A stretch of 64,000 nt of DNA from Vicinamibacteria bacterium. Its GTDB lineage: Bacteria > Acidobacteriota > Vicinamibacteria > Fen-336. The translations under genes were made by a program, and so were the position numbers. Where the stretch lies: the NCBI GenBank assembly GCA_041481445.1, contig JBGPBV010000015.1:11062-75061 (forward strand). Direction: 5' to 3'. How positions within the stretch are numbered: position 1 is the stretch's first letter; each line of letters opens with the position of its first letter. The notes under the pieces are model-generated. The model did not search any database. It was given only the letters and a program-made list of their open reading frames with translations, and had not been told where the DNA came from. Positions 49,055 to 61,344 of this stretch are shown piece by piece.

Positions 49055-51943
49055 TCACTCCCTCAACCCCGCCTCCCAGTTGACCACCACCGTGAACGGG
49101 ACCGTGTGGCTGCCCCCGGGCTCGGTGATGAAGAGGTAACGCTTGCCGTCGGGCGCGAGGTCCCAGCCGACGTTGAGCAGCGGCGGCGGAGCCGCGAACA
49201 GCCGGCGCGGCGTCCCCGCCTGGAATCCCTTGCTGAGGTCGATGTCGACCGCCATCTGCTCGAGGTCGAGCGACGTATAGAACAACGCCCTGCCGTCGGC
49301 CCGCCACCGGGGAAAGAGGCCGGATCCTTTGGAGACCAGCCACTTGGCCCCGCTTGCGCCGGCGCCGGCCTCGGGCGAGAACGGCCGGACGTAGATCTCC
49401 CACGTGCCCGCTTCTCGAGACGAGTAGGCGATCCACCGGCCGTCGGGGGAGACATGTCCCATGGATTCGGCGAACGGCGTCTGAAGAATGGCAATGGGTC
49501 TGGCTTCACCCTGCATCGGCAACGCCCACAAATCCGAGCCGGTGTTCGTCCCGTTGCTCGAAAAAATCAAGTAGCGCCCGTCTTTGGTCAGACTGCTGGG
49601 ACTCTTGGGTTCGTCGGACGAGAAGAGCAGCCGTTCCTCGGCCGAGGCATCGGCCGGCTTGGTGTACAAGTCCACTCGGCCCGAGCGCTCCGAGCTGAAG
49701 ACAATGGACTTTCCGTCCGGCGACCACACGGGGTAGTCGTCCCTTGCTCGGTCGAATGTGAACCGGGTCGCGGTCGCTCGCGCCACGTCCACGATCCAGA
49801 TGTCGCGGTTCGCGGCGGGGCCAAGAGCAACGGCCACGCGGGTTCCGTCGGGCGACATGGCCGGATTCGCATACTCGCCTGGCTCGCCCAGCGTGCCTCC
49901 TGGATGGCCTTGCTGGTCGAACCACGTGAGCGCCATCCTCGACGCGCGGCCGGCGAGGTAGACGAGCGTGCCCGTTTGCGATACGGAGAACAGGCCGGCA
50001 TTTGCAGGAACGAACGAGTCAACGCCTTCGGCAATCGCGGCCGGCTCTCCGCTCAGCGCCACGCTGGCGGGATCGAACCGCTGCGCCATCAGCGTTGTCT
50101 CTCGCATGAAGACGAGGTGCCCAAGTCCCCCGTGGGGCGAGGCCGCATAGTACGCCTGCCGGTTGCTCGCGAGGAGACGTTCCAGGCTCTGGTCTTCCGG
50201 TCTCGCATCGATCGAGCCGATGTAGACACCCATCTTGTTCGGGTCGGCCGACGCTCGCTGATAGAGAAAATGCCGGCCGTCGGGCAGGAATTGCGGCCAG
50301 CGGTGGGTGGTCTCGCCCTTCTCGAGCACCGTCGCGGGAACCGGCACACCACCGGACGCCGACAGCCGGAGCAGAGGCCCGTCCGGGGACATCCCGGCCA
50401 CGATCACGCCGTCGCGATTCCACGCCGCGCCGTGCAGATAGCCGGGCACATCCGCCAGTGTCTGCGGCGGCCCTCCCTGAGTGTCGATCTTCGTGAGCTT
50501 GTTCCGGGCGGAGAAGATGACGTAGCGGCTGTCCCACGACCAGGACGCGGGAGGGGTGACGGCAATGGTTTCCGTGCCCGGAAGTGGCCTGGCCTCGACG
50601 GTCTCGAGCGAGCGCAACCAGAACCGCGTCACGCCGTCCTCGCCCCGGGCGGGGAACACGATCCAGCGGCCGTCGGGAGACACCGCCATCGCGTTGCTGA
50701 AGTAGGTCATCTTCTCGGCCGGTCCCACTTCGAAACGGACGGGCCGCCCGCTGCTCCTGTTCGATCGCCAGGGCGCCCAGATGGCGATCCCCACCACCGC
50801 GAGGAGGACGAGAGCCGCGGCCACCGCGGGAGAGAGCCATCTCTTCCCGGGGTTCGGGGCCCCGGTCGCGGTCGCGGAGTACGGTCCCGATGGCGCCGCG
50901 TCGAGCAGCGCCATCGCGTCGCCGATGTGGCGCAGCCGCTGGCTCGGGTTCTTCTCCAGGCAGCGCTTCAGCAGTCGATGCGCCTGGCTCGGTACCTTGT
51001 CCCATCCCGGCTCGTCCCTGAGGACGCTCGCGATGGTCTCCTGCAGGGAATCGCCGCCGTGCGGCCGCGTTCCGCTGAGCATCTCGTAGACCACGACGCC
51101 GAAGGCCCAGATATCCGCGCGCCGGTCGACCGAACGGCCACGCACCTGTTCGGGGCTCATGTACGCCGCCGTGCCGAGGATGAGGCCGGCCTCCGTCGCC
51201 GGTGCACCGGGCGGCACCGGGCTCGGCCCCTCCACACCATCGCCGCTCGCGGGATCGAGGGCTTTCGCGAGGCCGAAGTCCAACACCTTCACCGTGCCGT
51301 CCTCGCGGACCTTGATGTTCGCGGGCTTCAGGTCCCGATGGACGATCCCTCGCTCGTGCGCGGCCTCGAGAGCCTCCGCGATCTGCCTGGCGATCGATAA
51401 GGCCTCGTCGATGGGGATCGGCCCTCTCGCGATCCGATCGGCGAGCGTCGGGCCTTCGACGAGCTCCATCACCAGGGCCCGGAGGCCGCCGGCGTCTTCG
51501 AGGCCGTGGATCTGCGCGATGTGCGGATGATTGAGCGCCGCCAGGAGCTGCGCTTCGCGGCTGAACCGTGCCAGGCGATCGGGATCATCAGCCACCGCGG
51601 GCAGCAGGAGCTTGATCGCGACGTGGCGGTCGAGCTTCGTGTCGCGGGCGCGATAGACCTCGCCCATCCCACCCGTGCCGATGCGCGCCAGGAGCTGGTA
51701 GGAGCCGATGCGCTGCCCCTCGAGGCTCTTCCTCGGCAGGGTGTCGTCGAACAGCACGGCCGGCGTCTCCAGGAAGCTCGCCGCCTGCTCGTGCGACGCC
51801 AGCAACTTCTCGACGGCCTCGCGCAGGGCCTCGTCGCCGTGGCAGGCCGCGGCCACGTAGGCCGGGCGGTCGTCCAACGCCAGCGCCCGCGCCCCCTCGA
51901 ACACCTCTTTCAGGCGCGGCCAGGCTTCGGGAGGGAGGCTCAC
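49055..51943 (-). CDS. Ser/Thr protein kinase fused to TolB/PD40-type beta-propeller repeats
   Basis: Kinase motifs GTGGMGEVYRA, HRDLKPANIKV, DFGLAK, one TM segment, then PD40-like repeats (SPDGRWIAF, SPDGTRVA, SPDGKSIVFSS, SPDGRWIAYSS). Confidence 0.8.
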   Translation of the reverse strand: MSLPPEAWPRLKEVFEGARALALDDRPAYVAAACHGDEALREAVEKLLASHEQAASFLETPAVLFDDTLPRKSLEGQRIGSYQLLARIGTGGMGEVYRARDTKLDRHVAIKLLLPAVADDPDRLARFSREAQLLAALNHPHIAQIHGLEDAGGLRALVMELVEGPTLADRIARGPIPIDEALSIARQIAEALEAAHERGIVHRDLKPANIKVREDGTVKVLDFGLAKALDPASGDGVEGPSPVPPGAPATEAGLILGTAAYMSPEQVRGRSVDRRADIWAFGVVVYEMLSGTRPHGGDSLQETIASVLRDEPGWDKVPSQAHRLLKRCLEKNPSQRLRHIGDAMALLDAAPSGPYSATATGAPNPGKRWLSPAVAAALVLLAVVGIAIWAPWRSNRSSGRPVRFEVGPAEKMTYFSNAMAVSPDGRWIVFPARGEDGVTRFWLRSLETVEARPLPGTETIAVTPPASWSWDSRYVIFSARNKLTKIDTQGGPPQTLADVPGYLHGAAWNRDGVIVAGMSPDGPLLRLSASGGVPVPATVLEKGETTHRWPQFLPDGRHFLYQRASADPNKMGVYIGSIDARPEDQSLERLLASNRQAYYAASPHGGLGHLVFMRETTLMAQRFDPASVALSGEPAAIAEGVDSFVPANAGLFSVSQTGTLVYLAGRASRMALTWFDQQGHPGGTLGEPGEYANPAMSPDGTRVAVALGPAANRDIWIVDVARATATRFTFDRARDDYPVWSPDGKSIVFSSERSGRVDLYTKPADASAEERLLFSSDEPKSPSSLTKDGRYLIFSSNGTNTGSDLWALPMQGEARPIAILQTPFAESMGHVSPDGRWIAYSSREAGTWEIYVRPFSPEAGAGASGAKWLVSKGSGLFPRWRADGRALFYTSLDLEQMAVDIDLSKGFQAGTPRRLFAAPPPLLNVGWDLAPDGKRYLFITEPGGSHTVPFTVVVNWEAGLRE

Positions 51944-51971
51944 GCGTTTTGGATTCTACTCGCCGGCGGGC

Positions 51972-52550
51972 TCACTCCCGCGCCGACAATCGCTGATGGA
52001 GCCAGGCCTTGGCCATGGCCCATTCGCGCTCGACCGTCGCCGCCGACACGCCGAGCGCGTCGGCTGTTTCGGGGATGTCGAGGCCGGCGAAGAATCTCAG
52101 CTCCACGACGCGGCACTGCCGGGCATCGAGCGCAGACAAGGCTTCGAGCGCCTCGTCGAGGGCGAGAACGTCCACGCTGGCGGCGGGAGCCGCGGCCGGG
52201 ATCCTCTCGTCCAGGCTGATCACGGTGGCGCCGCCGCCGCGCTTGTCGGCCCGCTTTCGGCGCGCGTGATCGACGAGGACCTGGCGCATCAGGCGGGCGG
52301 CAATGGCAAAGAAGTGCGTCCGGCTGGTCACCGTCATGCGGTCGACGTCGACCAGGCGCAGGAAGACCTCGTGCACCAGGCCCGTCGCCTGGAGGACGTG
52401 TCCCGGCGCTTCCCGCCGGAGATGACCGCGCGCCACCCGCCGCAGCTCGTCGTACACCAGCGGGACGAGGCGGTCGAGCGCCGCGGCGTCCCCCTGGCCC
52501 CAGGACAGGAGCAGCCCGGTGACTTCGTGAGCGCGGGAGGGGTCCGTCAT
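51972..52550 (-). CDS. ECF-type RNA polymerase sigma factor (kinase-associated subgroup)
   Basis: TGLLLSWGQGDAAALDRLVPLVYDELRRVA N-terminus typical of ECF sigmas encoded beside Ser/Thr kinases. Sigma-4 HTH ETADALGVSAATVEREW. Confidence 0.8.
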   Translation of the reverse strand: MTDPSRAHEVTGLLLSWGQGDAAALDRLVPLVYDELRRVARGHLRREAPGHVLQATGLVHEVFLRLVDVDRMTVTSRTHFFAIAARLMRQVLVDHARRKRADKRGGGATVISLDERIPAAAPAASVDVLALDEALEALSALDARQCRVVELRFFAGLDIPETADALGVSAATVEREWAMAKAWLHQRLSARE

Positions 52551-52607
52551 CAGGTCGTGAGGGGAAAGGAGTGGATTGTGCGCTTCTTATCTCAGGAGGG
52601 GAAACCC

Positions 52608-53144
52608 ATGAAGATCATTGCCGTCGGAAGCCGTGTGGCCTTGTTCGTGAGCGCCATCGTCCTCGTCGCCCAGATCTCGCCCGCCCGGGCGGGCGGAAAC
52701 GATCGGAGAGAGGGGAAGAGAGACCATCGGCGCGCCGAGATCACGTTCACGAAATGGATCACTGCCCCCACCGCCACCGGTGCGCTCATGGCGGGCTTTA
52801 CCGGGGGCGACGTCGAGGGTGACTTTGCCGGGGAGATTCTGGCGCGACAAGAGAGCGTCGACAAACGCGTCCTTCGGCTCGAGGCCGTCTACGAGGTCCA
52901 GGCCGGGGACCGCTCCTTCGTCGCTCTCATCCGTGGCGGGACGGGTGAGACAAAGAGCGGCGAGACGGCAGCCTTCTCGGGCGCGGGCCTGCTGGACGGC
53001 ACCGTCCTCTCCGGGTGGCGGACGGGCGCCAAGGTCCACGTGGCATTCCAGACGATGTACAACTGTTCCCCCGCACCCGCCGGCAAATGCTTCGAGGGCA
53101 CGATCACGATCGAGCGCCCCGATCACGAGGATGACGAGGACTGA
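52608..53144 (+). CDS. Secreted hypothetical protein with acidic C-terminus
   Basis: GGAGG RBS 7 nt upstream, signal peptide MKIIAVGSRVALFVSAIVLVAQISPARA. No family recognised. Confidence 0.45.
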   Translation: MKIIAVGSRVALFVSAIVLVAQISPARAGGNDRREGKRDHRRAEITFTKWITAPTATGALMAGFTGGDVEGDFAGEILARQESVDKRVLRLEAVYEVQAGDRSFVALIRGGTGETKSGETAAFSGAGLLDGTVLSGWRTGAKVHVAFQTMYNCSPAPAGKCFEGTITIERPDHEDDED

Positions 53145-53170
53145 TCCCGGATCCGAGTGGCCTCCGGCGT

Positions 53171-53590
53171 CTACTCGAGCAGACGCCTGAGGATCCGCAC
53201 CAGCGCCCGCTGCTCGCGGAGGGAGAGGCGTTCGAGGATGGCGGGCGGAGCGGTCATGCGGTCGAGCAGCAGGGCGCGAAGCCGGGAACCGGTCGGGGTG
53301 AGCACCAGGACCTTCACCCGCCGGTCCCCGGCCGACGGGTGGCGACGAACGAGGCCCCGGGATTCCAGCCGGTCCACGAGCCCCGTGACGTTGGAGGCGT
53401 CGCAGGCGAGCGTCTCCGCGAGGCGGCCCATCGGGAGGGGCCGATCGGGCTCGATCAGGTGCAGGACGTGGCACTGCGCGGGCGAGAGCTGGAGCCGCGC
53501 GGCCAGCGGGGGGAGGTTGGCGCGCTGGGCGAAGAAGAGCCGCACGAGCAGCTCCCAGGGGTCGCCGGCGGGAGGCCGCTCGCGCTTCAT
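53171..53590 (-). CDS. MarR-family transcriptional regulator
   Basis: Winged-helix region LSPAQCHVLHLIEPDRPLPMGRLAETLACDASNVTGLVDRLESRGLVRR. Divergent from lon. Confidence 0.75.
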   Translation of the reverse strand: MKRERPPAGDPWELLVRLFFAQRANLPPLAARLQLSPAQCHVLHLIEPDRPLPMGRLAETLACDASNVTGLVDRLESRGLVRRHPSAGDRRVKVLVLTPTGSRLRALLLDRMTAPPAILERLSLREQRALVRILRRLLE

Positions 53591-53654
53591 CCAGCACAGT
53601 ATGATTCAGCGCCCGATCATTGACAAGCTCAAGTATCGGTCCTATCTTGCATGT

Positions 53655-55934
<2,280 letters not shown>

Positions 55935-55956
55935 CCGGCGGCCCCCGATCCCGGCT

Positions 55957-57270
55957 CTACCGTTCCGACCCATCACGCAGCGCGGCCGCCTCGGACAGGC
56001 CGGTCGCGATCTCGGGCAGTATGCCGCGCTCCACGTAGATCGGCACGACCAGCTCGCGTAGCCGCGGCAGCTGGCGGCCGAACGCGATCCCTCCCAGGAT
56101 GCACGCACAACCGCCGAACAGGATGGTACCCGGCGCGCCGATGCGCGCCGCCATCCCGCCGGCCAGCAGGCTGCCGAAGGGGGCGGTGCCCATGAAGGCC
56201 ATGGTGTAGAAGGCCATCACCCGGCCGCGCATGTCCTCGCGCACGATGGTCTGGATGATCGTGTTGCTCGAGGCCAGCTGCACCATGAAACCGAGGCCGG
56301 TGACGACCATGAGCACGAGGGACAGGGCGAGGGTGCGCGAAAGCGAGAATGCGATCAGCCCGCACCCGAACAGCATCGAGGCCGCGGAAATCACCCGGCC
56401 CAGCCCGAGCACGCTGCGCCGCGAGGCCAGGTACACCGCGCCCCCGAGCGCCCCGATGCCCGTCGCCCCCATGAGGAAGCCGAGGGTGTGGGGGCCGCCG
56501 TGCAGCACCTGGTCCGCGACCACCGGCATCAGCACCGTGTAGGGCATTCCCATCAAGCTGATCAGGGTGACCAGCAACAGCACCGACCGGATGGGCGCGA
56601 AGCCGAACGCGTAGCGGAAGCCGTCGCGCAGCTCCAGGAGGACGCGCTTGTCCCCGCCGCGCGGCTCCGTCTCCGCCAGCCGCATCATCATCAAGGAGGC
56701 GATCACGGCCACGTAGGACACGCCGTCGAGGAGGAAGCACCAGCCCTCTCCGGCCACCGCGATGAGGACGCCGGCCACGGACGGGCCGACCAGGCGCGCG
56801 CCGTTGACCATCGAGGAGTTCAACGCGATCGCGTTCGGCAGGTCCGCGCGGTCGGTGACCATGTCCACCACGAAGGCCTGGCGCGCGGGCGTGTCGAAGG
56901 CGTTGATGACGCCCTGGAGGGCGCCGAGAAGGAGGATGTGGGTGACGTTGATCGTCCCGGCCAGGGCGAGGCCGGCCAGGGCGAAGGACTGGAGCATCGA
57001 GAGCACCTGGGTGACCACGAGGACCCGGTGGCGGGTCCAGCGATCCACCCACACCCCGGCCAGCGGCGCCAGCAGGAAGGTCGGGATCTGGCCGGCGAAG
57101 CCGACGATGCCGAGCATGGCCGCGGATCCGGTGAGGCGATACACCAGCCAGCTGGTGGCGACGCGCGTGATCCAGGTGCCGACGAGGGAGACGCCCTGCC
57201 CGGCGAAGAAGAGCCGGTAGTTGCGGTGCGAGAGGGCCCGCACCATGAAGCCCAGGCGCGAAGAGCCCAC
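55957..57270 (-). CDS. MFS transporter (EntS/YbdA-like)
   Basis: 12 predicted TM helices. N-terminal RNYRLFFAGQGVSLVGTWI and VDRWTRHRVL motif typical of this MFS family. Confidence 0.75.
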   Translation of the reverse strand: MGSSRLGFMVRALSHRNYRLFFAGQGVSLVGTWITRVATSWLVYRLTGSAAMLGIVGFAGQIPTFLLAPLAGVWVDRWTRHRVLVVTQVLSMLQSFALAGLALAGTINVTHILLLGALQGVINAFDTPARQAFVVDMVTDRADLPNAIALNSSMVNGARLVGPSVAGVLIAVAGEGWCFLLDGVSYVAVIASLMMMRLAETEPRGGDKRVLLELRDGFRYAFGFAPIRSVLLLVTLISLMGMPYTVLMPVVADQVLHGGPHTLGFLMGATGIGALGGAVYLASRRSVLGLGRVISAASMLFGCGLIAFSLSRTLALSLVLMVVTGLGFMVQLASSNTIIQTIVREDMRGRVMAFYTMAFMGTAPFGSLLAGGMAARIGAPGTILFGGCACILGGIAFGRQLPRLRELVVPIYVERGILPEIATGLSEAAALRDGSER

Positions 57271-57279
57271 GCTCGGCGG

Positions 57280-59535
57280 TCAGGAGCTCACAGGCGGAGC
57301 GGTGTCCAGCCCTCGGGGTGCGTCACGCCGGGCGAGCGATCGCAGGGCGGCGGCGAGGATCGGGACCACGCCCAGCGTGAGGAAGACCCCGTCCGCGAAG
57401 ATCCGCACCCGCTCCAGGGTGTGGAACGTCCCGGTCATCAAGAAGGTGAGCCGGCGTGCGTGCCAGTAGCCATGGCCGAGGGAGTCCCACAGCTGAAGGA
57501 CGCCGCCGGGAAAGAGGTCGGTCAGCACCATGAGGGCGAGGCCCACGTTCAGCCCCCAGAATCCCACGCGCACGAACTTCACGGTGCCGGCCCAGACCGC
57601 GTCCGTCTGCATGGCGCGGAGACAGAACACGAGGACGGCGAGGGCCAGCATCCCGAACACCCCGAACATCGCGGCGTGGCCGTGGTTGCTGGTCAGCAGC
57701 GTGCCCACCTCGAAGTACGAGACGATCGGAAGGTTGATGAGGAACCCGAACACGCCGGCCCCGACGAAGTTCCAGAATCCCACCGCCATCAAGAAGTAGA
57801 TCGCCCACATCTGGCCCCCCGCGAAGGGGCCGCCGCACTCGTGGCAGGGGCGGTCCTTGATGCGCACGAAGTCCCAGGCGTCGAGGGTGAGCAGGGTCAG
57901 GGGCACGACCTCCAGGGCCGAGAAGGCGGAGGCGAGTCCCATGTTCAAGGTGCCCTGGCCGGTGAAGTACCAGTGGTGGCCGGTGCCGATGATGCCGCCG
58001 CCCAGGTACAGGATGGCGTCGAGGTACACGACGCGGGTGGCCGTGGTCACGGTCACGAGCCCCATCTGGTGGAACATCGTCGCCACCAGGACGGTCGCGA
58101 AGAGCTCGAAGAACCCTTCCACCCAGAGGTGGATGATCCAGAAGCGCCAGTTGTCGATGATCGCGAAGTTGGTATGGCTCCCGTAGAAGAGAGCGGGCAG
58201 GTAGAAGATCGGGATGGCCGCCGCCGAGTAGAGGAAGAGCGAGGCCAGCTCCGAGCGGCCGGAAACCCTCATGGCGGGTCGCAACGCGCGGAACATGAGG
58301 ACGAGCCACAGCACGAGGCCGGCCGCCAGCAACAACTGCCACCCCCGGCCCAGGTCCAGGTATTCCGAGCCTTGATGGCCGAGCCAGAACCAGAGGTCCC
58401 CGAGCCGGTCGCCGATTCCCAGGGCCTCGCCGAGGAGGCTGCCGAGGACGACGAAGACGAGCGCGCCGAACAGCACGTTCGTGCCGAGGCGTTGTCCTTT
58501 GGGCTCTTCGCGGCCCACGAGCGGAGCGAGGAAGAGGCCCCCGCCGACCCAGGCGGTGGCGATCCAGAAGATCGCGAGCTGGAGGTGCCAGGTTCGGAGC
58601 AGGTTGTAGGGGAGATAGGACGCGATGGAGAGGCCGTAGAACGCCCCCGGCTCGACCCGGTAATGGGCGAGAGCGCCCCCGGCGAGACTCTGCAGCAGGA
58701 AGAGGGCGGCGACGATCCCAAAGAACTTTCCGGTGGCCCACTGGCTCGGCGTCAGCTTCCATCCGGAGAGGGCGCTGTCGTGGAAGTGCGCGGGCGACTT
58801 TTCGCCACCCCAGCCGAGGTAGTCGAACTTGCCGAAGAAGAAGAGGATCGCTCCGATGCCGGAGAGGAGGGTGATCAGGCTCAGGGCGCTCCAGAGGTAG
58901 GTCGAGCTGCTCGGGCGGTTGCCGACGAGCGGTTCGTACGGCCAGTTGTTCGTGTAGGAGTAGTCCTTCCCGGGGCGGTTGGCCACGGTGGCCCAGGTGG
59001 CCCAGGCAAAGTAGGTGGTCAGGGCCTTCACCTCGGACGGGTCCTTGATGAACGAGGGCCCGAGCCCCGGTGCCGGTGTCGGTCCGCGGAAGTACCGTTC
59101 CCACTCGCGGCCCTGGATCTCGAGGGAGGACGCCTCACAGGGGCTGAACACGAGAGTGTCCGTCGGGGGATCGTATCGGTTCGTCTTCAGGTCGCTCGCG
59201 ACGCCCCCGGGGGTGGTCGCCCCGCCGCAGATCTCCGCGAGGCGGTGGAGATACTCGGCGCTGTAGTCCGGCCCGAGGTAGGCACCATGACCCCAGAGCG
59301 TCCCGTGCTCCATGAGGCCGTACTTGAGGAAGACATCCTGCCCGTGGAGGATGGCCGGCCGGTCGAAGAGCGTGGCTCCGCTCGCGTCCGTGACCCGCGC
59401 GGGAATCGGGGGCGCGTTCGTGTACGTGAGAACGGTGACGAGCGAAAGCACCGAGAACCCGGCGATCACTACCAGGATGGCGCCGTGGCGCCACCAGGGT
59501 GAGAGCCGTACGGGTTCGTCTGGTGGCTGCGTCAT
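57280..59535 (-). CDS. Quinol-dependent nitric-oxide reductase, single-subunit qNOR (NorZ/NorB long form)
   Basis: About 750 aa. N-terminal periplasmic NorC-like extension without CXXCH, then heme-copper oxidase subunit I-like helices with conserved His ligands (GHHWYF, HLWVEG, HGHAAMFG). Confidence 0.8.
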   Translation of the reverse strand: MTQPPDEPVRLSPWWRHGAILVVIAGFSVLSLVTVLTYTNAPPIPARVTDASGATLFDRPAILHGQDVFLKYGLMEHGTLWGHGAYLGPDYSAEYLHRLAEICGGATTPGGVASDLKTNRYDPPTDTLVFSPCEASSLEIQGREWERYFRGPTPAPGLGPSFIKDPSEVKALTTYFAWATWATVANRPGKDYSYTNNWPYEPLVGNRPSSSTYLWSALSLITLLSGIGAILFFFGKFDYLGWGGEKSPAHFHDSALSGWKLTPSQWATGKFFGIVAALFLLQSLAGGALAHYRVEPGAFYGLSIASYLPYNLLRTWHLQLAIFWIATAWVGGGLFLAPLVGREEPKGQRLGTNVLFGALVFVVLGSLLGEALGIGDRLGDLWFWLGHQGSEYLDLGRGWQLLLAAGLVLWLVLMFRALRPAMRVSGRSELASLFLYSAAAIPIFYLPALFYGSHTNFAIIDNWRFWIIHLWVEGFFELFATVLVATMFHQMGLVTVTTATRVVYLDAILYLGGGIIGTGHHWYFTGQGTLNMGLASAFSALEVVPLTLLTLDAWDFVRIKDRPCHECGGPFAGGQMWAIYFLMAVGFWNFVGAGVFGFLINLPIVSYFEVGTLLTSNHGHAAMFGVFGMLALAVLVFCLRAMQTDAVWAGTVKFVRVGFWGLNVGLALMVLTDLFPGGVLQLWDSLGHGYWHARRLTFLMTGTFHTLERVRIFADGVFLTLGVVPILAAALRSLARRDAPRGLDTAPPVSS

Positions 59536-59582
59536 GGCACCTCCCCGCATGCCCCCGTCGGGCGAGGGCGAGCACAGGCCGG

Positions 59583-61265
59583 CTATCGCGGCTTGACCTC
59601 CACGAGCACGGGCAGGTTGTCGGACTGCAGGCCCGGCACGGCGGCTGCGTAGGGGTGGAAGCGGCTCGGGAAACCGGTGACGCGGCTCGTGTTGAAGACG
59701 CCCCAGAGAGGGCTCGCGAAGAGCGGGAGGCTGGGTGCGCTGTCGACGAAGATCTTCTGCAGGCTGCGGCTCACCTGCATCTGCTCCGTCTCCTCCGCGC
59801 TCGCCTCCAGACGGCGCAGCAGGCGCCCCGCTTCTTCGCTGCCGAAGCGGTGGAAGTCGGCCGCCACCTTCTCCCCGATCGGGCGCACCAGCAATGGATC
59901 GAGCTGGCTGCGGTAGAACTGGTAGGGGGTCGCGCCACGCTCCGCGAACCAGATGCCCATGTCGAAGCGGCCCCGCTCCAGGGCCTCGTGGAAGGCGTCG
60001 TAGCCGAGGGGCCTCACGGTCACGTCGACTCCGACCTCGGCCAGGTTCTGGCGGATGATTCCCGCGGCCGTCACCCAGTCGGACCAGCCGTCCACGACGG
60101 CGAGGTCGTAGCGCATCGGCCCGCCGCCGGATACGGCCCGGACGACGTCGCCCTTTCGGGCGAGGCCCGCGGCGTCCAACTGCTTGCCCGCTTGCGCGAC
60201 GTCGCGCCGCGTCCAGGCGCCGCTCTGGACCAGGGCGGGATCCTTCCAGACCTTTTGCGACTCCGCGAGCCCGGTGGCGTCCGCCGGCACCGCGTAGCCG
60301 TTGAGGGCCTCCCGCATGATCCGGGGCCGGTCGATGGCCAGGCTGATGGCCTTGCGCGATTCGGGGTCGTCGAAGGGCTTCTTCTGGGTGTTGACGTAGA
60401 GCATGACCGTGGGGCCCAGGTCCGGGTACCAGTAGAGGTGGCGAGCCGGAGCCGTCGCCACCCAGCTCTTCTCGATGTCGGCGACGAAGAGCGAGGCCCA
60501 GTCGAGGTCGGCGGTGGTCAGGCCGTTCAGGATCTCCTCGTTGTTGCGGTACAGCCGGACGCGCAGCGCGTCGACGCCGGGCTTGCCCGCCTGCCAGTAT
60601 TTCGGGTTCCGCCTCAGCTCGTAGACGGTGGGCTCGAACCGCCGCACCTCGACGAAGGGACCCGTCCCCACCGGGCTCGGATCATCGAAGGTGGCGGGTT
60701 GCGCCACGTCCTTCCAATGGTGCTCGGCCACGATCGGCTGGGTGCCGACGGCTTCGAAGCCCGGGGTGTAGGCCCGCCTGAAGGTGAACTCGACGGTCGC
60801 GGGGTCGATGACCTTCACGTCGCCGAGGAAGCCCCACACGCCCGGGCGGTCGAGGGCGGGAAATCGGCGCATCAGGTCGAAGGTGAAGGCGACGTCGCGG
60901 GCGGTGAACGGCGCTCCGTCGGACCACACCACGCCCGGGCGGATGGAGAACTGCAGGCTCAGGTTCCCGGCGCCCCACTTGTAGGCGCTGGCCAGCCACG
61001 GCAGGTAGGTCCGGGTGGCGCGGCTGTAGACGATCAAGGGCTCGTGGACGCCGGCGGTGGCCGGCCACCGGGTGTCGGTGTCGTCGCGGAACGGGTTGAA
61101 GGCCCGTTTCCAATCGTTCGCCCGCGGGCCCGGCGACACCGTGAGCGCGGTGCCGGGCGCGCCCGCGTCCTGCCCGGTGCACGGTGGCGCAGCGGCGGCG
61201 AGGACGGCCGTCATCGTGCCGGCGATCGCCAGCGCGCAGGACGGGCGAGACGTGAATGGGCGCAT
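59583..61265 (-). CDS. ABC transporter substrate-binding protein, family 5 (peptide/nickel/opine type)
   Basis: Signal peptide then SBP_bac_5 hallmarks (KWSDGAPFTARDV-like VWSDGAPFTARDVAFTF). Upstream part of the ORF (Thr/Pro-rich) excluded. Confidence 0.75.
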   Translation of the reverse strand: MRPFTSRPSCALAIAGTMTAVLAAAAPPCTGQDAGAPGTALTVSPGPRANDWKRAFNPFRDDTDTRWPATAGVHEPLIVYSRATRTYLPWLASAYKWGAGNLSLQFSIRPGVVWSDGAPFTARDVAFTFDLMRRFPALDRPGVWGFLGDVKVIDPATVEFTFRRAYTPGFEAVGTQPIVAEHHWKDVAQPATFDDPSPVGTGPFVEVRRFEPTVYELRRNPKYWQAGKPGVDALRVRLYRNNEEILNGLTTADLDWASLFVADIEKSWVATAPARHLYWYPDLGPTVMLYVNTQKKPFDDPESRKAISLAIDRPRIMREALNGYAVPADATGLAESQKVWKDPALVQSGAWTRRDVAQAGKQLDAAGLARKGDVVRAVSGGGPMRYDLAVVDGWSDWVTAAGIIRQNLAEVGVDVTVRPLGYDAFHEALERGRFDMGIWFAERGATPYQFYRSQLDPLLVRPIGEKVAADFHRFGSEEAGRLLRRLEASAEETEQMQVSRSLQKIFVDSAPSLPLFASPLWGVFNTSRVTGFPSRFHPYAAAVPGLQSDNLPVLVEVKPR

Positions 61266-61344
61266 CAGGCTCCCTTCTGCGCCGAAGTCTAATCGAGACC
61301 ACTTCGTCGAGGGGAGCGCGGACCCGAGTATCCTGTCAGGGTCC

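Noticed and set aside
49046-51400. 784-aa plus-strand ORF
   Set aside because: It is antisense to the STK-PD40 gene.
56488-61292. 1004-aa and 597-aa plus-strand ORFs
   Set aside because: They are antisense to the MFS transporter, qNOR and substrate-binding protein genes.
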